Shown here: positions 46,698-56,591 of the stretch, one piece after another
Numbering within the stretch: position 1 is the first letter of the stretch
How the letters are laid out: each line of letters begins with the position of its first letter
Source: Clostridia bacterium
Lineage (GTDB): Bacteria; Bacillota; Clostridia; JAAYHZ01
DNA: 64,000 nt
Assembly (NCBI GenBank): GCA_050950825.1
Contig: JBMNIH010000002.1
Coordinates: 480,001-544,000, forward strand
Reading direction: 5' to 3'
Notes under the pieces: model-generated
Databases searched by the model: none
What the model was told of the DNA's origin: nothing
What the model saw: the letters and a program-made list of their open reading frames with translations, nothing else
Program-made: the position numbers and the translations under genes

Positions 46698-48695
46698 ATG
46701 CAATTAGGTCTTGGTATCGATACCGGGGGCACATTTACGGATGTCGCCCTTTATGATTTTAACACGAATAAAGTAATAGACAGCGCGAAGGCACCGACGC
46801 GCAAAGAAAATCTTCAAAAAGGAATAGAAGAGGCATTGGATCAATTGGACGGAAACCTTTTTCAAAAAGTGCAATTCGTTTCTCTTTCCACCACCCTAGC
46901 CACCAATGCCTGCGTAGAAAACAAAGGTGCAAACGCAACATTGATTTTAATCGGCTCCCATCCGAAGGTAGTAGAGCAATACGGAAAAGAATACGGGCTG
47001 CCGGATGCCGACCAAATCATACTTCTTGACGGAACGGTTAACGACAACGGAGAAGCGGTAAAAGAACCGGACTGGGAATATTTAAAGCAACGCTTAAAAG
47101 CTTTCGACCCTTTCACGGACTGCTATGCCGTCGTTCAAACCTGGAGCATGCTCAATCCCGTGTTTGAGCAAAAGGCCGAAGCCGTTATCGCCGAACAATG
47201 CGGAAAACCGGTAGTCTGCGGTCACGAGCTTTCCGGCAAGTTAAACGTTTTAAAAAGAGCTTCCGCCGCATTATTGAACGCAAAATTGATACCGGTCATA
47301 CGAGACTTTATGGACAACGTTCTTCAAGGACTGAAAAGCAAGGGCATTCATGCTCCCGTTGTTATCGTCCGCGGGGACGGATCCGTTATGTCCTTGGACT
47401 TTGCTTTAAAAAGGCCCGTAGAAACGTTGCTTTCGGGACCTGCCGCTTCCATGCACGGCGGCGTATATTTATCGAATCATAAAAACCAAATCATCGTTGA
47501 CATCGGCGGCACCACCAGCGATATCGCCTTGATCAAGGACGGATACCCGAGTCTGTTAGAGGACGGAGCCGTCGTCGGCGGATGGAAAACCGCCATCGCT
47601 TCGGTGGATATGACTACTTGCGCCATGGGCGGCGACAGCGAAATCAAAATCACCAAGGACAAAGAAATTACCGTAGGTCCCCAACGAGTCATACCCCTTT
47701 GTGCCTTAGCCGCTCAATACCCGAAGGTGGAAGAACGCTTGGAGGAGTTAACGCAGATGAGACCTCTTCACACAAGGCCCCTTCCCGTGTTCTATGTATA
47801 TACCGGAAAAAAGGGAAACCGACTTTCGGAAAAAGACGAGGCCGTCTTGGAGGCTTTAAAAGAAGGTCCTTTAGACATAACCAAGCTGTGTGAAAAAATC
47901 GATCAATCCATTTATTCCTTTAACGCCACGGAGTTAGAAAACAAAGGTCTTATCATGAAAAGCTCTTTGACCCCCACGGATATAATGCATATACAAGGGG
48001 ACTTTACACGATGGAACGTCCGCGCTTCCTTGTTGGCGGTACAAGTCCTTTCGAACCAATTCGGAATCGATAAGAACAGAATCTGCAAGGAAACGTATCG
48101 CAAAGTCGTTCTAAAAATTTACGGAACCATAGTAAAGATGCTTTTGGAAAAGAACCGGCCGGGGATTGCCAAAACCTTTGATACGCCCTTTTTCGACCGA
48201 CTTTTGGAATACTCCACCTTTGAAGACGATTTGTTAAAGGCAAGCTTTCACACCTCCTACGTCTTGTGCGGATTAGGAGCACCCGCATTCATATTCATAC
48301 CTTTGGTGGGAAGGCTGTTGAATACGACAACCTACATCCCGGAATACGCTTCGGTGGCCAATGCCATCGGCGCCGTAACAGGTAAAGTGATCAGCATCGA
48401 AGAAGGGGTGGTACTGCCTCGCTACGAAAACCACGCTTTGATCGGCTACACGGTACGCACACGAAAAGGAAGTACCTTCTTTAAGGAATTGGAGGATGCC
48501 GTATCTTACGCTGCAAAAACCTTGGAGGAGGATGCCGTATCCAACGCCCTTCACCGCGGAGCCGTCGAGGTGCAGTCCATCGTAGAAATAGATGAAAACA
48601 GGGCCGAAATCCTTTCGGCGGAAGAAAGCGATGAAAACTCGCTTTTAGTAGACATTCGAATATTGGCCCGTGCTACGGGAGGCTATCGGATTTAA
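46698..48695 (+). CDS. Hydantoinase/oxoprolinase family protein
   Basis: GIDTGGTFTD, STTLATNA, ETLLSGPAAS, DIGGTTSD, VANAIGA. Confidence 0.9.
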   Translation: MQLGLGIDTGGTFTDVALYDFNTNKVIDSAKAPTRKENLQKGIEEALDQLDGNLFQKVQFVSLSTTLATNACVENKGANATLILIGSHPKVVEQYGKEYGLPDADQIILLDGTVNDNGEAVKEPDWEYLKQRLKAFDPFTDCYAVVQTWSMLNPVFEQKAEAVIAEQCGKPVVCGHELSGKLNVLKRASAALLNAKLIPVIRDFMDNVLQGLKSKGIHAPVVIVRGDGSVMSLDFALKRPVETLLSGPAASMHGGVYLSNHKNQIIVDIGGTTSDIALIKDGYPSLLEDGAVVGGWKTAIASVDMTTCAMGGDSEIKITKDKEITVGPQRVIPLCALAAQYPKVEERLEELTQMRPLHTRPLPVFYVYTGKKGNRLSEKDEAVLEALKEGPLDITKLCEKIDQSIYSFNATELENKGLIMKSSLTPTDIMHIQGDFTRWNVRASLLAVQVLSNQFGIDKNRICKETYRKVVLKIYGTIVKMLLEKNRPGIAKTFDTPFFDRLLEYSTFEDDLLKASFHTSYVLCGLGAPAFIFIPLVGRLLNTTTYIPEYASVANAIGAVTGKVISIEEGVVLPRYENHALIGYTVRTRKGSTFFKELEDAVSYAAKTLEEDAVSNALHRGAVEVQSIVEIDENRAEILSAEESDENSLLVDIRILARATGGYRI

Positions 48696-48700
48696 TTTTC

Positions 48701-49315
48701 TTATCCGATTCCTTCCCCGGCCTTGAGCTGTTTGATGAGATTTTCCAAACCGGACAAGTCTTGACGGTAGACATCTTCTAAGGAGCGGTTATAGATCAAG
48801 CTTGCAGGATGATAGAGGGGATATAGAAGGAATTCTTTCCCCTCTATTTTTATATCCGTCTTTTTCCCGTGAACCTCCCCTATCTTCGCCTCGGTTCCCA
48901 TAAGCGTCTGCAAGGGTACGTTCCCTAAGGTGGCAATGATTTTCGGAGACAACACCAAAAGCTCCCGGATTAAATAGGGGCGGCAGTTTTCCAAATCCTC
49001 TTTTTTCGCCGGACGGTTTATCTTGTTGCCGGTCTTTTCATTGATTCGAAACAATCGATACTTGACGGCATTGGTAATGTATATGTCTTGACGGGTGAAC
49101 CCGGCCCTTTCCAGAAAATCCCGCAGGATTTTACCGGCGGAACCGACGAACGGCTTTTTTAGCTTCACTTCGTCTTTTCCCGGAGCTTCCCCGATGAATA
49201 CAATACCGCTGTCCGGGTTTCCGTCTCCGTAGACGATTTCCATATCGCAAAAACGGCTGCCGAATTCTTGATAGATCTCCAAAAGTAAGTTCCTTTTTTT
49301 ATCGTTCGCTTCCAT
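48701..49315 (-). CDS. Uracil-DNA glycosylase family 4 paralog lacking the Fe-S cysteines
   Basis: IGEAPG, PFVG, YITNAVKYR, NRP, YHPA. Confidence 0.85.
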   Translation of the reverse strand: MEANDKKRNLLLEIYQEFGSRFCDMEIVYGDGNPDSGIVFIGEAPGKDEVKLKKPFVGSAGKILRDFLERAGFTRQDIYITNAVKYRLFRINEKTGNKINRPAKKEDLENCRPYLIRELLVLSPKIIATLGNVPLQTLMGTEAKIGEVHGKKTDIKIEGKEFLLYPLYHPASLIYNRSLEDVYRQDLSGLENLIKQLKAGEGIG

Positions 49316-49325
49316 ATTCGTATCT

Positions 49326-49883
49326 TTATTTCGTAAGCTCATTCAACATTTCCCTGATCTTCATAAAGTCATACCACTGGGTGATTTTTTCTTTTTCATT
49401 TCGCAGCAAAAAGGCGGGATGATAAACGGCCATCATTTTAACGCCGCCTTTATCGAACCATTTGCCGCGGTCCTGAGAGATCCGAAAATCCGGATGTATC
49501 AAATATTTGGCGCTGATGCGTCCTAAACATACGATAATCTTCGGACGTATCAGCCGAAATTGATTTCGTAAATAAGGAAGGCACTGCGCAACCTCTTCCT
49601 CCAAAGGATCCCTGTTGTCCTTCGGCCTGCATTTAACCACATTGGTTATGTAATACTCGCTCTGGTGAAAAGGAATGGCGTTAAGAAGCAAATCCAACAG
49701 CTGCCCGGCCTTACCTACAAAAGGCAAGCCCTGCTTGTCTTCTTCTTCCCCCGGTCCCTCTCCTACAAACATCAAAGGAGCGGTTTCGTTTCCCCTTCCG
49801 ATTACCGTATGGGTGGCCGATTGACGTAGCCCGCACTTATTACAGGTTAAGCATTCTTTTTTCAAATCATCCCATGTCAGCAT
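49326..49883 (-). CDS. Uracil-DNA glycosylase family 4 (Fe-S)
   Basis: CNKC, VGEGPG, PFVG, NVVKCRP, YHPA. Confidence 0.92.
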   Translation of the reverse strand: MLTWDDLKKECLTCNKCGLRQSATHTVIGRGNETAPLMFVGEGPGEEEDKQGLPFVGKAGQLLDLLLNAIPFHQSEYYITNVVKCRPKDNRDPLEEEVAQCLPYLRNQFRLIRPKIIVCLGRISAKYLIHPDFRISQDRGKWFDKGGVKMMAVYHPAFLLRNEKEKITQWYDFMKIREMLNELTK

Positions 49884-51345
49884 GTTGTTATCCCAAACTC
49901 GTTTTCTTCTTTTATCGTATTATATCATACCGGGTAAAAGGTTTCTTTAACAATCCTTCCGATTTGATTTTACGAAACGTCTTTTAAAAACTTTAATCGA
50001 AAAAGTAAAGTCCACCCTTCGAAAGCTGCAGTTGATTTTACTTTTGCAAAAATATTAATAAAAATATTGTGGACTTTACTAATGCAAACGCAAATACAAA
50101 AAATTACTAGTAAAGAAAGCATGCATTTTTAGCTGATTCCTGAGACTATCATTACCTAAACAAATATAAAAGTAATACGGTGTTCGCCATGCTACGATAT
50201 AAAAGACGAGGGACGTTGAGAAATTGGTCGCTTGCATCTCCCCTTCATCCCTCGGTATATGTTCAAAAGCATGGCGAAAAAAGAAAAGCATGGCACTGTG
50301 GAATAAATGGAAGGGACCCGGCTTTGCCGGGAAGGAGGCCGTTTATGCCGCAAAAGGCCATTGCTTGTCTTTTTAACCGGATGGACTTTTGTCATGATCT
50401 AAAACTAAAAACTAACAAAACATGTATTACTTACCGATATCAGTGCAATCATTAAAAAAGAACGATGTCTTTCAAAATGATTTTGAAAGGAGAACCATAA
50501 TGATGTCAACTCATTTGACGTTATCAGACAGGAAAGATATCGAAAACTTATTGAAGGAGGGAAAATCTTTTAAGGAAATCGGTAAAATACTCGGTAAAGA
50601 TTGCACGACAATATCCAAAGAAGTTCGTCGACATCGGGTAGAACGAAAGACAGGTGCTTTCGGCCAATCGTACAATGCATGTAAGTACAGGATCGGTTGT
50701 CATAAACGTTCGCTATGTAAAAAAAGCGGAGTTTGCGAAAAAGGGATCTGTAGCATATGCAGACTGTGCAATGACTTCTGTGATGCTTTCGTAGAACAGA
50801 AGTGTGATGCTCTCGAAAAACCGCCTTACGTATGTAACGGATGCTCGACAAAACGCAAGTGCTCATTGCAAAAAATGATATACGACGCTAAAGTTGCAGA
50901 CAAAGAATATGAATATACACGTTCGGAATCACGTTCCGGTGTGGCAATCGATGAAAAATCGTTGCAACAATTGGATACCGTGATATCACCTCTTCTGAAA
51001 AAAGGCCAGTCCATTCATCATATTTGCGTAAACAATGCCGATAAAATTATGTACAGCGAAAGGACGTTATACAATTACGTTGACTACGGCCTCTTCACGG
51101 CTCGTAATATTGATATGCCCAGAAAAGTAAGATATCGATCTCGCAAAAAACCGGGCGTAACTCATAAAGTGGATCGCGAATGCCGAATAGGACGCACGTA
51201 TGATGATTACAAAAAAGTTATGGCAGATGTTATGCTCCTTTCGTCGTGGAAATGGATTCGGTGCTTGGTACAAACTATTTAGCCCCCTAATATAATTGGA
51301 GAAACCATACGAATTTAGTAAAATGAATATAGGGGGTTAATCCAA

Positions 51346-51651
51346 ATGAAACACTATGATGATAAGTTCAAGGAACAAGTAATAAAAGAATGTCAAGAAG
51401 TGGGTAATATTTCCCTTGTTGCTAGACGCCATGATATATCCAAAACTACTATATATGGTTGGATAAAAGCTTATAAGAAGAGAGGTTCAGTCACTCCACT
51501 TCCTAAAAATAAAGACAATAGAGTAAAAGAATTAGAACATAGGCTTAATGTTGTAAGCACAGAAAATGATAGATTAAAAAAGCTTGTTGCAGAAAAAGAG
51601 TTAGAGCTGCTAATACTTAGAGAATTAAGGGATAGAGTAAACCCCAAGTAG
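51346..51651 (+). CDS. IS3-family OrfA (HTH plus leucine zipper)
   Basis: YDDKFK...VARRHDISKTTIYGW...ENDRLKK. Confidence 0.85.
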   Translation: MKHYDDKFKEQVIKECQEVGNISLVARRHDISKTTIYGWIKAYKKRGSVTPLPKNKDNRVKELEHRLNVVSTENDRLKKLVAEKELELLILRELRDRVNPK

Positions 51652-52611
51652 CCGACAAGGTTGCAATTGCATTAAGGTGGATAAATAAAGGTTATGATAT
51701 ATCTTTAGTACTTGGCTTTGTCGGCATTGCTGCATCCACCTATTATGAATACATAAAAAGGCAATCAAAATCTAATAGAAATCATAATATTGCAGCATCT
51801 AATAAAGATAATGGAAGGCCTAGACCTGGTTATTCATATACAAAGACCGGTAGAAAAGTATCTGATGAACAAATAAAGGAGTGGTTATGCAATTTAATAT
51901 CAGGAGATGGTTTTCCCTATGGTTACCGTAAACTAACAATATGTCTTAGAGAAGATTATGATCTAATTATCAATCATAAAAAAGTATATAGGCTGTGTAA
52001 AGAATTAGATATACTAAGACCTCAAAGAAAAATAAAGGAAAAGAGTTCTAAGCATTTAGCTAAGAAAGAAACAATATCAGCTCCCAATGAGCTTTGGGAA
52101 ATGGATGTAAAATACGGATATATAAGCGGAGAAGATAAATTCTTCTTTCAACTATCTCTAATAGATGTATTTGACAGAAGCATTATAGATTATCATATAG
52201 GCTTATCCTGTAAAGCTTCTGATGCTTGCAATGTATTGAGAAATAGTATAAGAAAGCGCAATATATATGGTGGTTTAAGGACACCTAAGATAAGGACAGA
52301 CAATGGCCCTCAATTTGTATCTAAAGGAATTTGAAGAATTCTGCAACAGCAATAATATAGTTCATCAAAGGATACCAGTAAAAACTCCTAATATGAATGC
52401 ACACATAGAATCATTCCATTCAATATTGGAAGATGAATGTTACAGTCGCAATGAATGGAACAATTTTAAGGAGGCATACGAAACAATAACTGAATATATG
52501 AATTATTATAATAATCGCAGAAGGCATGGAAGCATAAAATATATGGCTCCAAATAAATTCTATGAAGCAATTATGAGAAAGAATGTAAAAGCTAAAGCAT
52601 TTGCTGCATAA
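51648..52611 (+). pseudogene. IS3-family OrfB integrase, -1 frame relative to OrfA, with an extra frameshift near 52325
   Basis: YGYRKL, INHKKVYRL, WEMDVKY, RTDNGPQF, then stop at 52334; continues in another frame with NAHIESFH, YNNRRRHGSI. Confidence 0.8.
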
Positions 52612-53513
52612 TCTCCATAATTAGGGGGTCAAACCGCAAAAGGCGGTAAAGTGCTGATGACGTTGCATTTTGTTAAAACCGAATTTATGCTTGCATTTTT
52701 ACGAGACTCGAACGATTCGCAATCGGTAATCGATGTTTTCGACAAACTGACAGAGCTTTTGGGTCTTGACACGTTTCGAAAACTGTTTCCCATACTTTTG
52801 GCTGACAAGGGCAGTGAATTTACGAACCCGAAAGCGATTGAATACTACCGAGTAACCGGAGAAGTTAGAACTAAGGTCTTTTATTGCGATTCGTATTCAG
52901 CTTATCAAAGGGCATCACAAGAAAAAAATCACGGGGAACTGAGGAAGATCTTACCGAAAGGAACAAGCTTCGATAATCTCGTGCAGGAAGATATTAATCT
53001 TGTAATGAACCACATAAATTCTTACTCCGGATTATCTTTAAATGATAGAACTCCTCATGAAGTGTTTAAATTTATGTTTGGTGAAGAAGTAATAAAAAAA
53101 TTGGGATCCAAACTCATTGAACCGAATAATATTTGTTTGAATCCCGATTTATTAAAGTATTAATAATTATCCGAAAGGCATCGTTCTGCCAATTATTACC
53201 TTTTAACCGTAGTGGATTTTACCTTTGCAAAAAAGTGAAGAAATCAACACGGTTTGTTTGCTATGCAAAAAAACAGGTAATAAATGAAGCATTCACTTGC
53301 TTTTTGCAGAAAAAATCCTTCCATAGTAACAATTCTTCCTTGTTAGAATAATTTTATCCCACCTTATGCAATAATTTTTTAGGATGGATGGAATTTAACC
53401 TTGCAAAGTGGACTTTACTTTTTCAATCAAGGCGTCTTTTAAAAATCGAAGGCTAAAAAAGGCAAATAATGTGATATAATCGAAGCATCACCAATGGAAA
53501 GAGGGTTTTCGTT

Positions 53514-54278
53514 ATGAAGATTCGGAATATCGGTTTGGAGTTGTATTCGGTAAGAGAAGATTTGGCGGAAGATTTGTACGGCACATTGGAAAAGGTAAAA
53601 GCCATCGGCTACAAGGGAGTTGAATTTTTCGGCGAGTACACGCATACCGCGGAAGTAATAGCCGACGCCTTGGATAAAACGGGGCTTGTTTGCTGCGGTT
53701 GGCACACCCCTTGGCACTACGTTCAAGAGGATAAACTGGAAGCAACCATAGCCTACAACAAAACCATCAATAACAAGTATATCGTAGTGCCCGGACTTCC
53801 CGGTGATCTGACAAAAAGCAAAGAAGGCTGGCTTACGGTAGCTAAAAAATTCAACGAGTTGGCCAAAACGTTAAAAGAGCACGGAATGATGATCGGCTAC
53901 CACAACCACCATGCGGAATTCATTCCTTTCCCGGACGGCACCGTGCCTTATTATCTGTTATTTGATAACACCGACAAGGAGGTTATCGTTCAATTGGACA
54001 ACGGAAACGCATTAAAAGGAGACGGCAAAATTTACGATGTTCCTAAGCGTTATCCCGGCCGTATGACCACCGTTCATTTAAAACCCTATTCTTTTACGAA
54101 CGGTTTTGATACCATGATCGGTCAAGACGACATCGATCTTTTACAATTCGTATCCCTTTGCGAGGAATACGGAAAGACCGATTGGTACATCGTCGAGTAC
54201 GAAAGCAAAAAGCTGTATGCGCCCATGGACGGTGTACGGCTCTGCTATGAAGCCATTGAAAAATTAGGATTGATCTGA
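53514..54278 (+). CDS. Sugar phosphate isomerase/epimerase (TIM barrel)
   Basis: LELYSVR, GYKGVEF, YHNH..EF, QLD, VHLK, IVEYE. Confidence 0.88.
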   Translation: MKIRNIGLELYSVREDLAEDLYGTLEKVKAIGYKGVEFFGEYTHTAEVIADALDKTGLVCCGWHTPWHYVQEDKLEATIAYNKTINNKYIVVPGLPGDLTKSKEGWLTVAKKFNELAKTLKEHGMMIGYHNHHAEFIPFPDGTVPYYLLFDNTDKEVIVQLDNGNALKGDGKIYDVPKRYPGRMTTVHLKPYSFTNGFDTMIGQDDIDLLQFVSLCEEYGKTDWYIVEYESKKLYAPMDGVRLCYEAIEKLGLI

Positions 54279-54288
54279 TTCTTGCATC

Positions 54289-54318
54289 AAAACAGGGAAC
54301 GGAAGGGTTCCCTTTTTT
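54289..54318 (+). terminator. Intrinsic terminator
   Basis: AGGGAAC-ggaagg-GTTCCCT followed by TTTTT. Confidence 0.75.
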
Positions 54319-54415
54319 GTTTGCCAAGCTTTTGTTGATCTTTGTTTTATTCGTATTCATTCGAATAGGAATGTGCTATAATTATTCTTAATTTTTACTT
54401 AAGGGGTAATGGATT

Positions 54416-55168
54416 TTGAACGAAGTATTCAAAGGAACGGTGAATATATATAAAGGGTTTGAAATCGATACGGAGGATGTGCCGGATTCGGAAGACGCAT
54501 TCGTAAAAAAGATGGAAAGCTCCATAGCCCGGTGGAAGGAAGAATGCATGGAAGTGGTTTGGCTTACCATTCCGGAGTCGAAAAGCCGGCTAATTCCTAT
54601 CGCCTTATCTTACGGATTTAAATTTCATCATACACAAAAAGATACCCTGGTTCTCATTAAGAAAATGCACGAACATGCCTTTGTCGTCCCCTATGCTTCC
54701 CATTACATAGGCGTTGGCGGCGTTGTCATCGATGATAAGAACCGACTTTTGGTGGTGCGAGAGTTTTACAAAAACGGAACCTCCGTCCACTATAAGCTCC
54801 CGGGCGGAACCTTGGAAGAGCACGAGCATATAGAAGCCGGTATTATTCGGGAGGTATTGGAGGAAACGGGAATCAAAACCGTATTTCAGTCCTTGGTCTG
54901 TTTTCGCCATCGACACCGGTTTCGTTTCGATAAGTCGGATATATATATGATTTGTCTTTTAAAGCCGTTAAATCATGATATTGTCAGGGAGACGGAAGAA
55001 ATTGCCGAAGCTTTATGGATGGATATTGACGAATATTTGTCGCACGAACATGTCCATGCATTGAATAAGGAAATTGTCCGTGCCGCATTGAGCGGGCATC
55101 ATTTGTATAAAAAAGACGTGGAAGGATACCCGGTAGACAAAAACGAGTACGAGATCTTCTTGCCTTAA
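54416..55168 (+). CDS. Nudix hydrolase with pre-Nudix domain (NUDT6-like)
   Basis: GFKFHH, HYIGVGG, Nudix box GG...REVLEETG. Confidence 0.88.
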   Translation: MNEVFKGTVNIYKGFEIDTEDVPDSEDAFVKKMESSIARWKEECMEVVWLTIPESKSRLIPIALSYGFKFHHTQKDTLVLIKKMHEHAFVVPYASHYIGVGGVVIDDKNRLLVVREFYKNGTSVHYKLPGGTLEEHEHIEAGIIREVLEETGIKTVFQSLVCFRHRHRFRFDKSDIYMICLLKPLNHDIVRETEEIAEALWMDIDEYLSHEHVHALNKEIVRAALSGHHLYKKDVEGYPVDKNEYEIFLP

Positions 55169-55409
55169 GCTTATAAAAAAAGTTGCACGGAGGGATCAAA
55201 AGCCATGCAACTTTGTATACCGGTGCGAAGATCTCCTCGAAACACCGTATATTATGTTAACATTATATGACCTTTCGGAAGCAATGGTTCCCCCTATGCC
55301 TTAAAAAATGTTTTTCATTTAAGAATCATGATAATAGTCCGACCGGGCTATACATATTACAAGAAGCTATCGACAAACGTGCATAACTTAAATACCAAGG
55401 GAGACGGCA

Positions 55410-55562
55410 ATGAATATGACGCATGACGAAAGGTTTGTTAGAAAAAGCAAAAAGCGGCAAATCATCTCCACGGTGATCAAGTACATTCTGCTGTTCACCT
55501 TGGTCGGTTGCATTGCCGCCGTTTCTTACATCATTTATTTCATTCGTCTTTTGATTTATTAA
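55410..55562 (+). CDS. Putative 50-aa single-pass membrane protein
   Basis: AGGGAG RBS; MNMTHDERFVRKSKKRQIISTVIKYILLFTLVGCIAAVSYIIYFIRLLIY; below the ORF-track length cutoff. Confidence 0.6.
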   Translation: MNMTHDERFVRKSKKRQIISTVIKYILLFTLVGCIAAVSYIIYFIRLLIY

Positions 55563-55571
55563 TCGTGTCTA

Positions 55572-56009
55572 TTAACGCAATTCTTCCCTGTTCTTTTCAA
55601 TGATACGAATGGCTTGCTCCAGCGTATCTTGAATTTGAGCCAGCAGATTATCCGCGTATTCCCTCGCGCCGATACGAATTTCCCTCGCATTCTTCTGGGA
55701 TTCCGCGATGGTTTGGTTTGCTTGCTCGTAAGCCTTCTTGGTGATTTCGTGCTCGTTGATTAAGGCTTGTACCTTTCCTTCGGCCTCGCTTAGCATCTTT
55801 TGAGCCTGGGCCTTCGCTTCGTTTAAAATACGTTCCCTCTCCTCTTTCACCCATTTGGCTTGTTTAATATCGTCGGGTACTCTTTCCTTCAACTCCAAAA
55901 TGTAATCCAGAACTTCGTCCCGGTCGATTAAACATTTTCCGGACAAGGGAACCGACGTGCTGTTGCTGACAATATCCTCAAGCGTATCTAAAATTTTTAA
56001 GATCTCCAC
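55572..56009 (-). CDS. Conserved coiled-coil protein typically found after coaD in Clostridia
   Basis: LDTLEDIV..VPLSGKCLID, GAREYAD; GTG start behind a GGGG RBS. Confidence 0.75.
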   Translation of the reverse strand: MEILKILDTLEDIVSNSTSVPLSGKCLIDRDEVLDYILELKERVPDDIKQAKWVKEERERILNEAKAQAQKMLSEAEGKVQALINEHEITKKAYEQANQTIAESQKNAREIRIGAREYADNLLAQIQDTLEQAIRIIEKNREELR

Positions 56010-56070
56010 TTTGTTTCCCCCTTTATCTGCAATCAAAATCAATGATAAGATTTTACAGTTTGATCCTTTT

Positions 56071-56562
56071 TCACTTCATCATTTTTTTACGGCTTAACGC
56101 GATAATATCTTCACGGATACATTCCGGGACCAATCCGGTAATGTCCGCGTCGTTTCTTAAAAATTCTCTTACGGCTCCGGAGCTTATATAGCTGTATTCC
56201 GGAGAGGCCATGAAAAACAGGGTTTCCACATCCGGGTTCAATTTTCGATTCAGCATGGCCATTTGGTACTCGTATTCAAAATCGCTGACGGCTCTTAAGC
56301 CCCGAACCAATGCCGTCGCCTTCTTTATTCTTGCATACTCCGTTGTGAGCCCGGAATAGCTTTCAATTTCTATTTTTTCGTTTCCGTTGAATACTTTCTT
56401 TAAAAACGCGATTCTTTCCTCCAACGTAAAAAACGTATTTTTCAAAGAGTTTTCCCCTAAGGCTATGATCAACTTGTCGCAATGGTCCGCTGCTCTTGTA
56501 ATAATATCCGCATGACCGCTTGTGACCGGGTCATAACTGCCGGGGCAAATGTAAATTTTCAT
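56071..56562 (-). CDS. coaD: Pantetheine-phosphate adenylyltransferase
   Basis: PGSYDPVTSGH, RGLRAVSDFEYE, ISS. Confidence 0.95.
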   Translation of the reverse strand: MKIYICPGSYDPVTSGHADIITRAADHCDKLIIALGENSLKNTFFTLEERIAFLKKVFNGNEKIEIESYSGLTTEYARIKKATALVRGLRAVSDFEYEYQMAMLNRKLNPDVETLFFMASPEYSYISSGAVREFLRNDADITGLVPECIREDIIALSRKKMMK

Positions 56563-56591
56563 AAAAGCTTTTTCCTTTCACGATATGAAAT

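Larger units (their letters stand above)
51275..52636 (+). mobile_element. IS3-family insertion sequence (1362 bp), AT-rich
   Basis: Ends CTATTTAGCCCCCTAA and rc CGGTTTGACCCCCTAA; CAAA 4-bp DR (51271-51274, 52637-52640); removing it restores GGT ACA AAA GGC of the IS30 gene. Confidence 0.85.
50500..53163 (+). pseudogene. IS30-family transposase, frameshifted near 51225-51240 and split by IS3
   Basis: HLTLSDR...TISKEVRR HTH; SERTLYNY; VVEMDSVLGT|KGGKVL in a shifted frame; DKGSEF, EKNHGELRKILPKG. Confidence 0.85.
49991..53432 (+). mobile_element. IS30-family insertion sequence, interrupted by an IS3-family element
   Basis: 25-bp IRs (CTTTAATCGAAAAAGTAAAGTCCAC and rc CCTTGATTGAAAAAGTAAAGTCCAC, 22/25); 13-bp DR CGTCTTTTAAAAA at 49978-49990 and 53433-53445. 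Confidence 0.88.

Noticed and set aside
50079-50455. Short ORFs in the IS30 leader
   Set aside because: No RBS or motif support; treated as non-coding element sequence.
50031-53432. 20-bp repeats read as CRISPR repeats or iterons
   Set aside because: Irregular spacing, degenerate copies and similarity to the IS30 terminal IR; no cas or rep gene.
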